64,000 nt of DNA from Camelus ferus. Taxonomy: Eukaryota. The notes beneath the pieces were generated by a model. The model did not search any database, was not told the origin of the DNA, and saw only the letters and a program-made list of their open reading frames with translations. Location of the stretch: positions 62,434,001-62,498,000 of the forward strand of contig NC_045705.1 in NCBI RefSeq assembly GCF_009834535.1. Reading direction: 5' to 3'. Within the stretch, counting starts at the first letter, position 1; each line of letters opens with the position of its first letter. Positions 11,301 through 20,580 of this stretch are shown here, piece after piece. A program made the translations under genes and the position numbers.

Positions 11301-14009
11301 TGACCATTCGCAGTTCTGAACCAGAGGGGGCGCCCCGGGAGGGAGTGAGCCCCATCTCCAGAGGCCCTCACGCCCGGGCTGACTGCGATTGCCCCGAGCA
11401 GCAGAGCTTGACGACGGACCTGTGTGGTCTGGACTCTGGCCACAGACGGGTTCGAGTACTGACTGCCGCTCAGGAACAAGGTGACCTTGGGCAATCACGT
11501 AACCTCTCTGAGCTTCGGTTTGCTCCTCTGTAAAATGGAGAGAACAGGTGTACCCACCTGAGGCATGGCACCAGGGCTCAAGTAATGGCAGCAGGCATGA
11601 TCAGAGCCCTGTCCTGCCCCGAGTTTCTGCAGACCCGGAGGGTCGATTGCGTGGTAAGCAGCGAGGTGGGGAGGCGATTCTGACTGGGTTCTGGGGAAGA
11701 AGGCCCAGAGCTGAGAGGAGGGAGGGCACGGGTTCTTCCCACGGACTCCAGGAGCACACGCTTTCCCCATCCAGGTTCTCCCAGATGGTCCAGGACAAGC
11801 CCCTGCGCACATCCTGGCAGCGGAAGATGAAAGACCGGCAGGAGAGGAAGCTGGCCAAGGACTTCGCCCGGCACCTGGAGGAGGAGAAGGAGAGGCGCCG
11901 CCAGGTGAGGGGCCGGCCAGGCAGGGCTGCACCGGCGTCTGCTATGACCAGCCTGGGCTGGGGAAGCTCCCACATGTTCCCTGGGGCAGGCTGATTTGGT
12001 CGAGAGCCATTCTTGAGCCTGGGGGCACCAGTGAGGCAGGGAGCCTGGCCCAAGCAGCAGCGCAGTCTAGGACCACAGGGGAGAGAAGCCTAGTGGAACA
12101 TCTCGTTTAGCTCCGGGCTTATAAGAGGCCCAAGGAGGGGAGGAGGCCCAGGATAAGCCCCCAGTTTCCCTCACTGGTGATAGGGGCATTCAGTGAGATG
12201 GGCCCGGGGGTCCCCGCCCTGGGACCTGCTCAGATGGGAAAGGTTTACAGATCAGAGGTGTCCCAGGTGTTGTTGCTGTCATTCCCGGGACACAGCTGCC
12301 ACACATCAGCAAAGTGGCTGGCCTGCACTTTCCCCCAGTTCTCTCCCTGACGCTCATCCCAGGGCCAGAAGTGGCTCACGGTTCACGCCCAACCGCTTTA
12401 GTGTCCCGGAAGCCCCAGTGGCCACACGCAGATAAAGTGAGGCGGTGGTGTCGGTCCACCAGGACCGGGGTTATCAGTAGGACACCGCTTACCTCGTGGT
12501 CCCTGGGGCTCGGGAGTCGTCACGCACCTCACCCCCCAGCCTGTGGTCCTAGTATGCCCACAAGGGGAGGGGGTGGGCCAGTCACTCGGTCTCATGTCCC
12601 CTGCTTTGAGTCACCCCAGCTCAGCCTGTGGCCATGACCCTGCAGACCGTGCGGCTGCCACCATGTGCTGAGTCCTTATCTCGCTTCCTGTGCGGCCCTG
12701 GCTCCCTCTTGGGCAAGGCAGAAGCTTCTTGTCACCATCCCCTCCAGAGGTGCCCCTGCGCAGCCCCCAGCCCAGCCCTTCCCCTGACTCTGGGAGCTCA
12801 AGCGTCACTTCTCCTTTCTCCTCAGGGGCCCAGGCCACCCTTTGTACCCTGAGTTGCCAAAGCTGAGAGAGGCCCCTGACCCTGCAACAGATTTGAGGCC
12901 AACATCCCCACCCTGGTCCCACCAGGACAGCATTTAGTGGAGCCAGAGGGCACTGGGCTTCCCACTCGCAGGGAAGAGTCTGTCCAGATTCACCTTCTAC
13001 ATGTTCCCAGTGGGCCGGACGGTCCAAGCCCCATATGGGTGTTCACTCATCTCTCCCTCCACACAGCCTGATATCACAGTCATCTTCACTTTAAAGATGG
13101 GGTGTTGAGGCACAGAGTGTAAACAGCTTGGCCAGGGTCACCCATTCAGGAAGAGGCAGTCAGGATTCAGACCAGGACCACAGAGCTCCGGAGCCCCTTC
13201 TCTGCAGCCTCCACCCTAACCCCTGCCCTGGCAGTCTAGGGGCACATGGGTTTCGAGGGAGAGGGGGAGACTCCAAGAGATGGGAATGCAGGAAAGGACC
13301 GGCCACCCCTTCTCCCTGGCAGTTGATGAGTGGGTGGTGCGAGGGACCACTGTCCGCATGGGCCTGACTTTCCTTTCTTACCCCCACCCCTCCCCTTCCC
13401 TACTAAGCCCCTGTCCTCAGCTGCCTGACCAGGTCGGGTCAGGAGCTCCCTACCACGGTGGGTCTCTGGGTGCTGGTCCCACAAGCACAGGGACTGTTCC
13501 TTGCTGGCCCTCCACCCCCACAGCACCAGTCTGCAGCCAGAATGAGCTGGCCTATTCACCTCCTTCCTGGGAGGCCAGGGCTGCCTTGGCTCCCAGACCC
13601 ACATCCTTTCCCCAACGTGTGCAGGAGAAGAAGCAGCGCCGCGCAGAGAACCTGAGACGCCGCCTGGAGAATGAGCGGAAGGCGGAGATTGTTCAAGTGG
13701 TGAGTGTTGCCCTAGTCAGGGTTGGGGGGCCATGGCCAGGCCGGGCGTTGTGTTCCAGATGCCTCGGCACCGCTGCTACACAGCCCCCACTCATGCTGCC
13801 TCCCCAGGCCCCCGAGAGTGGGCTCCCTTTCCCAGGGGAACAGGGTGGAGAACAGGCCACACTAACACCCTCCTGACCCCCACCCCCAGATCCGAAACCC
13901 TGCCAAGCTCAAGCGGGCGAAGAAGAAGCAGCTGCGCTCCATTGAGAAGCGGGACACGCTGGCCCAGCTGCAGAAACAGCCGCCCCAGCGGCCAGCAGCC
14001 AAGATCTGA
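7568..14009 (+). CDS. CCDC86: Coiled-coil domain-containing protein 86 (cyclon; Cgr1-family nucleolar protein), 360 aa; join(7568..8325,11775..11904,13625..13699,13890..14009)
   Basis: Kozak gccccgccATGg. [12 protein letters not shown]-terminus; [47 protein letters not shown] matches recalled human CCDC86. All introns GT-AG; exons sum to 1083 nt = 360 aa + stop. Confidence 0.97.
9690..10340. mobile_element. Two L2 fragments in opposite orientation (about 9690-10070 + and 10080-10340 -) in CCDC86 intron 1
   Basis: gggcctttgcacatgctgttcctct..cctagcacata..gatgaatgaa, then ttcattcattcaacc.. Confidence 0.6.
11775..11904 (+). CDS. CCDC86: CCDC86 exon 2
   Basis: ccag|G TTC TCC CAG ATG...CGC CAG|gtgagg; [19 protein letters not shown]. 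Confidence 0.96.
13625..13699 (+). CDS. CCDC86: CCDC86 exon 3
   Basis: gcag|GAG AAG AAG...CAA GTG|gtgagt; [25 protein letters not shown]. Confidence 0.96.
13890..14009 (+). CDS. CCDC86: CCDC86 exon 4 (to stop)
   Basis: cccccag|ATC CGA AAC...AAG ATC TGA. Confidence 0.96.
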   Translation: MRNPAKLKRAKKKQLRSIEKRDTLAQLQKQPPQRPAAKI

Positions 14010-14594
14010 GCTCAGGACAGCCGAGGCCTTCTGTGGCCAACCACCATGTCACACATGCCGCCTCTCGGGCCCTTGGTCACAGGCCTGGACCCAGCACTCC
14101 AACTCTGGTTCCAAAACAGGGACCTCACCCAAGACTGGGCTTGAGCCTTTGAGGGCTCAGGGGCCAGTCTTTGTGGGCCAGAGGCCCAGAAGGAGGCTGG
14201 GACCTGGCAGAGCCTGGGGATGGGAAGAGGGTAACTCCCCCCTTTTCCTTCCCCCTTCTCTCCAAGTGCCTTCAAACCAAGGAGAGTAATTTCTGGTTCC
14301 TCAGGGAGCTGGTGACTGGAGGATGACTCTCCAAAATGTCTACGTTCTATCTCAAAGTCGTAGGTTCAACCCAGGCCAGGAGGCCAGAAGGCAGGAGTCC
14401 AGCTCCCCCCACATCTTCCCAAAGGCTGCTCTGGGTCCCTCTGCCCCCAGCTGACCCTGTCACCCAGCAGACTGAATCCAGCCTGCCCCACTTGTAAACA
14501 CTTATGGTTAAAATGGGGAGGGGGCAGGGTCTCTCTAGCTCCCCCTTTCCTGTACCGGACTCTGCAGAAGCCCCAAAGATCTGATTAACTCATG

Positions 14595-14760
14595 CCAATT
14601 CAATATATAGCAAAAATATTTTTATTAAACCCCTGCTATGTACAGGCACAATTCTAGGTACCAGTGAATACAGACAAAAGTCCCTGCCTTCAAGGAGCTT
14701 TCATTCTGGTGGAGAAAACATAATAAACAAATACAATTTATTGTGTGTCAGATGGCACCA
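14595..14760 (-). mobile_element. L2 LINE 3'-end fragment carrying poly(A) signals on both strands (AATAAA + 14722-14727; AATAAA - 14621-14626 and 14737-14742)
   Basis: aaatatttttattaaacccctgctatgtacaggcacaattctagg...gtccctgccttcaaggagctttcattctggtggagaaaacataataaacaaata resembles the reverse L2 3' consensus. Confidence 0.7.
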
Positions 14761-15789
14761 TGTGTTGAGTGAGGCCAGGGAGGAGGCAGGGGGGAGCCTA
14801 GGCGAGGCGTCAGGATGGGATGTCCATTCAGTCAGTTGTCCATCAACTGCTCCGTGTGCTGAGCGCTGGCTGTGGGCCGGACCTTGCCTGGCACTGGGAC
14901 CTCAGCTGTAGGTGGTGGCACAGAGAGCACTGGGCCGAGATCCCAAGAGAGTTTCTCCCCCAGCTCTTCCACTAACATTTCATCCCCCGAACGAACGTGT
15001 GCTGGCGCCACCTCTGCGCCACGCCCTGGGATGCAGAGCTAAACGGACACAGTACAGTGGAGAAGCTATGACAAGTTACCCCTCACACCTACAAGTTGGG
15101 GGTCAGCTGCCCAGCCCCTGTGTGGTCAGGAGGTGGGTGCTGCACAGATCTAGGGATTACCAGCACTGCCCAGAGGGTGTCCTGCCGAGCTCTGGGCCTG
15201 TACAGTGTCAGATTAGCTAGGAAATGTCACAGGCTGTGGTCTCGGAGGCTGCCATGCACAGTCAGATACTAAAGACCTTCAGTAATGATGCCCCAGGTTT
15301 CCGGAACATTTGACCAGAGCACCCCTTGCTTCTTGCACCATGTAGACATTGGACAATGCTGGGTCAGTCAGGTGGAGAGGGGGGCTCCCTCCCACACATC
15401 TAGAGGACCTGGGGTATGTGGGGGGTGTTCTATCACATACTAAGTGGTCACTGAACAGGTAGTGCTTAATGGTTAGTGAGCAGACCCTGTATGTTGGGCG
15501 GGTTACTTAACCTCCCTGCACTTCTCTTTGTACGTGGCTAAGAAGCGGGACTGACAGAACCTAGCCCTCGAGATTGTGGGATAAAGCGTCTCACTCAGTA
15601 AAGGGCAACTAAATGGCTAAAGTGAAAAAGTGAGACTGGAACGGTGCTTCCCAAACCTTTCACTTTCTACCCCCCAAATCTATCACTGGTTTAAAGTAAA
15701 AATCCACCCCACCCGTTACCTGCTAACACAGCTCCTGTGTACCTTGGGGGTCCACTGCCCTAGTTCGATAAGTCGTGGGACTTTAACCC

Positions 15790-16085
15790 CATGTTACTCC
15801 AAGTGTGTGGTCCGCCGGCCAGTAGCTCTGACGTCGGCCAGTAGCTCTGACGTCGTCGCCTCCTGGGAGCGTGTTAGAAAGGGAGACTCTCAGCACCCCC
15901 ACCCCCACCCTGCTCAGTCAGTCTGTTCTTTAACGGGACCCCTGGGTGACCGACCCACAGTAAAGTTGGAGAAGCATTGCTTTAATTCAACTTTGTTTCC
16001 GAAAAGGATTCACTGATGTTTGCGGGACGTTATAAAATGCAGATTCCTGGGCCCGCACGGAGACCGCCGAGGCTGGAGGCGGGAT
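15790..16085. mobile_element. MER5-type hAT fragments in the PTGDR2 3' UTR
   Basis: ccaagtgtgtggtcc..cctgggagcgtgttagaaagggagactctcag..taaagttggagaagcattgc, then ttataaaatgcagattcctgggccc..atctgcatttta. Confidence 0.65.
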
Positions 16086-16198
16086 ATCTGCATTTTACCG
16101 CGGGCTGGAGGGAGGCCTCGGGGAGCTGCTGCGCGCTGCGCGCCCTGCCCTTGCCTCCCGGGGAGAACGGCCCGAGGCGGGCGGGTCCGCGGCCGCGC

Positions 16199-17401
16199 CT
16201 ACCCGGAGGTGGTGCTCAGCGCCCGGTTCAGGGGCCCCCGCTCGTCCTGGGACGGGGCGCGGCCCCTCTGCGGGGGCGCCCCGCCGCTGCCCCGCAGCCA
16301 GCCGAGCAGGCGCGCGGGCCCGAGCGCGGGCGGGCGGCGGCGGCGGCCCGGCGCGGCGGAGGAGGAGGAGGCGCGGCGGCGGCGGCTGCTGCCCGCGCCG
16401 CCCAGCTCGCTGTCGTCCACCAGCACGCTCTCCAGCACGCTGCGCAGCGAGCGCCGCAGCTTGCGCAGCACGTCGGGGCAGGTGAGCACGTAGAGCAGGG
16501 GGTTGACCACGCTGTTGAAGAAGGCCAGGCTGGTGACGAAGGGCAGCCCGCGCCAGGCGAGCGGCCGCAGCGCGGGGTCCCAGTGCGCCCGCGCCTCCAG
16601 CACGCTGAACACGTGGTAGGGCCCCCAGCAGAGCGCGAAGGCAGCCACCACGGCCGCCACCAGGCGCACGAAGCGGCTGGACCGCCGGCGGCCGCGGTGG
16701 CGCAGCTGCGCGCTCACGGCCGCGTGGCTGGAGGCGATGATGGCCAGCGGCACCGCGAAGGCCAGCAGGAACTTGCTGACGGCCAAGGCCGTCTGGCGCA
16801 AGTTGCACGTGGCGTTGCGGTCAGGCCCGGGGTTCAGGAGCAGCACGTTGTAGTAGCACATGATGCGCCCGTCCAGCCGCGGGATGGTGTCGCGGAACAC
16901 GAAGTAGGGCGCGGTGTTGAGCACCGCCAGGGCCCAGAGCGCCAGGCACACCTTGTGGGCGGCCGCCACCGTGCGATGGTTCTGGGCCCACACGGGCCGC
17001 ACGACCTGCAGGCAGCGGTCCAGGCTGATGGCGCTGAGCAGGAAGCCGCTGGCGAACATGTTGAGGAAGAAGATGGAGGAGTGCAGCTTACAGAAGGTGG
17101 TGCCCAGCTCCCACGAGTGGCCCACGGCCAGAAAGTAGGTGAAGAAGGGCAGGGAGGCGCTGGCCNNNNNNNNNNNNNNNNNNNNNNNNNNNNNNNNNNN
17201 NNNNNNNNNNNNNNNNNNNNNNNNNNNNNNNNNNNNNNNNNNNNNNNNNNNNNNNNNNNNNNNNNNNNNNNNNNNNNNNNNNNNNNNNNNNNNNNNNGAC
17301 ACATGGTCCATATAGCGGATGCTGGAGTTGCTGTGGCTTTGGAGGCGGCTCATCTGCTCCAGGACCGGACAGAGCGGCTTCATGGTGACGTTGGCCAACA
17401 T
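16199..17401 (-). CDS. PTGDR2: Prostaglandin D2 receptor 2 (CRTH2/DP2/GPR44), class A GPCR, 400 aa, single coding exon; codons 35-79 masked by N
   Basis: MLANVTMKPLCPVLEQMSRLQSHSNSSIRY..ASASLPFFTYFLAVGHSWELGTTFCKLHSSIFFLNMFASGFLLSAISLDRCLQVVRPVWAQNHRT..NPLLY..GPLNRALSTTSG. Acceptor ctgcag|agcccaccATG puts the exon start at 17409. Confidence 0.97.
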   Translation of the reverse strand: MLANVTMKPLCPVLEQMSRLQSHSNSSIRYMDHVXXXXXXXXXXXXXXXXXXXXXXXXXXXXXXXXXXXXXXXXXXXXXASASLPFFTYFLAVGHSWELGTTFCKLHSSIFFLNMFASGFLLSAISLDRCLQVVRPVWAQNHRTVAAAHKVCLALWALAVLNTAPYFVFRDTIPRLDGRIMCYYNVLLLNPGPDRNATCNLRQTALAVSKFLLAFAVPLAIIASSHAAVSAQLRHRGRRRSSRFVRLVAAVVAAFALCWGPYHVFSVLEARAHWDPALRPLAWRGLPFVTSLAFFNSVVNPLLYVLTCPDVLRKLRRSLRSVLESVLVDDSELGGAGSSRRRRASSSSAAPGRRRRPPALGPARLLGWLRGSGGAPPQRGRAPSQDERGPLNRALSTTSG

Positions 17402-19642
17402 GGTGGGCTCTGCAGCGGAGAGAGGGCGGTGCTGAGGTGGGCGGTGCAGGAACATCAGGGGCCCCTGGCCGGGAGATGGGACCCTGACCCATGAGTGTCA
17501 CGGATGATGCCGCTGGGGACCAGTGAAGTTGAGCAAGGGCAGTAAGATAGGGGATAACATCCCAGCCCCTCCACCTCTCACTGTGTGACCTTGGGCGAGC
17601 CATTTCACCCTCCTCAGCCTGTTTCCTCCTCTGTAACATGAGTGTCGCTCACAGCAGGATCCAGATCATAGGGTTGTTGGGAGAATTAAAGGAGTTAACA
17701 TACATATAAGCATTTCAAACAGAGCCTGGCACGCAGTAAGCGCTACATCAGTGGCGTGGTTATTTTCAACTGGATTGTCTAAGATCATTTGGAGAAATAG
17801 GAACCAAGGTCGGGCCATGCTGGGCTCCTTTCCCCAATCCCCAGAGCACTGGGATGTGAGCAAGTCTCCACCTAATGGGCAAGAGGATTCAACTGGGCTG
17901 GGGATGGGAACGGAAGGAGGAGTCTGTGCCTTTAAAAAATGCAGCCCGCACCCACCTACCCACAGCACTCCTAGACCTTGCCTCTCTGCATATCCTCTGT
18001 GTGGCCCTTCGCTTCCACAGTGGTGGTTGGTTGGGTGTGTTGACTGCAAACAGTGCAGCCAGCGCCTAGTTTGATAGTTGAAGAGGAAATAAGATAAGAG
18101 CAGGGAGAGAGCTGGGCAGGAGGAACTGCCAGATTTGGGCTCTGGAGGCCCGGTAGGGCCAAAAGTCCTCTCCCCTGCCCGGGGCAGCCACAGCCACTCT
18201 GCCAGCTCCAGGAAACCCAGCCCTGTTCATTCATTCACTCGATCACACACTCATTCAACAGCTGTTTATCGAGCAGCTACTCAGGTCAGCACTGGAGAAG
18301 CCAGAGTGATGTGCAGACACCCCAAGTGTGCGCGCCCGTAGCCTCATCAAGAACCCGAGACCATCTGATATGAAGCCGGTGGAGATCGGTGAGAGCAGAG
18401 GAGATCAGTGCGGGAGGCCACCTGCAGGACCAGCAGGCAGCAGGGGTTGGGAACTCAGATTGCGCAGGGCCACCTGCGGCCTGCCAGGGACTGTGGCAGG
18501 TCCTTTCCATAGGTGCTTTCTTGCTCACAGATATCACGGAAGGTGCTAGAAGTTCTCTCCATCCCATTTTGCAGATGAAACTGGGACTCAAGTGCTTGAA
18601 TAACTTGCCCAGAGCCACCCAGACAACACAGGCATGTGGAGGAGCAGCAGTTCAGTACTCAGCCTGTTCTCCTTCCTCTGCCTCTGCTTCAAGCGTGAGA
18701 TGATGGAGGGAGAGCAGGGAAGTGGGGGAGGGAGGGGGAAGTGGTCTTCAGTCTTCGTCTTTCCAGAAGAGACACTGTTGGCCAGGATGAGAAAATCCAC
18801 ACCCTCCCCCAGGGACCACGGTCCTTTGGAATGTGAGGGCCCCGGATATCAAACTAGACTCTCTTTGGCAGGTGAGCCACTTGGAGCTGGGGACATGCAG
18901 ATGGATGGGAGGGGAGCTGTTGGGTCCGCCCTCCCTGAGAAGGCTCATATTTCTAGAGTCTGCAGGGCAATTGCACTCATAGTGACCCTGTGAGACCCTC
19001 TTTTTCAGAAGAGGAAACAGAGGGTCAGAGAAGCACAGCGACTTGCCCTGTGTTCCTCAGCTGCAGCCCGGGAGCGGGAACTCCACCCACAGCACACAGA
19101 CACATGCTGTCTCCTCTCTGTGCTCAAACATTCCCTTCAGCCCACTCTAAGTTCCGTGAGGATGCACCATCCTGCTGAACCCTGGCAACACAACCAGCCT
19201 GGGCCTTCTGGCTGACGGAGCCCAGACCCCAGCCTCCCATGATTCTAGGGAGCCCAGCGGCCAGGGTCTTGTTTGGATAGGGAGCTGGGGCCAAAGAACA
19301 CAAGCCTTTGGAGTAAGAGACCGGGGTTTGAATCCCAGCTCCTCGACTTCCAGGCTGGGTGAACCTGGGTCCGTTACCTTAAGACTGCTGGTGTAACCCT
19401 CCCACCTGGGCTGCAAGTGAGTCCGGAAAGAGAAGTGCTCATGGTTCACCACCGTGCCTGACATCTAGTTAGGACCTAAGAAAGCGCAGTCCTTCCTTCC
19501 TCTGAGCTGCAAGTCCTTTGGTCAATCCAACCCCCTGCCACCCTAGCTGGTAACAGCCCTATCCCCAATACAACTGTGCCTTCTCTCCTGGGTCCAGAGA
19601 GGGCCCTGAGGCTGCCCAGCCCCCAGGCCACCGTCTCCTTAC

Positions 19643-19745
19643 CTGGGCACAAAGGGAGCACAGGATTCCAGCCCTGGAGGCTGTCAGCTTCTGGCGACAG
19701 TCGAACAAGAGGCACCGGGCAGGCAGAGGCAGGGGAGTGAGGCTG
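19643..19745 (-). other. PTGDR2: PTGDR2 non-coding exon 1 (5' UTR); 5' boundary approximate
   Basis: Minus strand cagcctcactcccctgcctctgcctgcccggtgcctcttg...gcctccagggctggaatcctgtgctccctttgtgcccag|gtaagg matches the recalled human PTGDR2 5' UTR. Confidence 0.85.
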
Positions 19746-20451
19746 AGGGAGGAAATAGCTGTCAGCCCAGAGTGTGTGTGTGTGCGTGCGTGTATTTCAG
19801 TGTGGGGTGGGGGGAGGCGGGGACAGCTGGAGAATGAGTTGTCACACTGGTGTTTAGCATCGATCCCATTGATGGGGACTGGGCGTAACTACTGGCAGCC
19901 CTGCCTACGCCCTCTCCCTTGGTGAGGGAGACTTTGCAGAAACGTGATGTCAAGTACATAGTACACGTGGGGAAATAGGTGTGGGCCAGAAAGTGTGCTT
20001 GTGCGTGGGGGCGAGGGGGTGCTTTGAGAGTGACAGGTATGCACAGAAGTGCATAAGGAAGAGGGCATCCTGTCCAGCTGTCCTCTGGCCGGGGCTGCCC
20101 TCCCCTGACCCCGTCATCCTCAGGGAAGAAACCCCTGCATCTCCTCCAAGATTCCCAGGCCACACGGGGTCCGCGTGTGAGGGTGGCAGGAGGGCAGGAT
20201 GGGAAGGGGCGGTGGTGAGAGCACCGGCCTGGCTGCCCATGCTGCCCGCAGCCCTAGCTGGGAGGTAAGCTGCTTCCCCTTGCTGGCCCCAGCCTGGTAG
20301 TCTGTGACCAGAGCGACAGTGTCGCCTCCCAGGCTGAGTGAGGTGCCCTCGATCACAAAGCACACAGTAGGTGCTCATGAGAATCAGGTGGGTTTTTTCC
20401 TCCCCTCTGGGGGAGAGATGGGTATGAGGCTGTGGGGTGAAGGCAATGCAG

Positions 20452-20580
20452 CTTTTGTTTATTTATTTTGGGAGTGGGTGATTAGGTTGGTTGGTTTTGT
20501 AACTCTGGTGCTGGGGATTGAACCCAGGACCTTGTACGTGCTAAGCAGGCGCTCCAGCTCTGAGCTACACCCTCCTCCCC
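20452..20580 (-). mobile_element. tRNA-Ala-derived camelid SINE
   Basis: Minus strand ggggaggagggtgtagctcagagctggagcgcctgcttagcacgtacaaggtcctgggttcaatccccagcacc...acctaatcacc..aaataaataaac. Confidence 0.85.

Noticed and set aside
17402-17455. 18-aa N-terminal extension of PTGDR2 in the ORF track (MFLHRPP...)
   Set aside because: The upstream ATG lies in the intron, 5' of the polypyrimidine tract and ctgcag acceptor; the true start at 17401 matches orthologs.
16016-17494. 492-aa and other long ORFs antisense or out of frame over PTGDR2
   Set aside because: Shadow ORFs from the extreme GC3 bias of the PTGDR2 CDS; low-complexity Ala/Arg/Gly translations with no recognisable homology.
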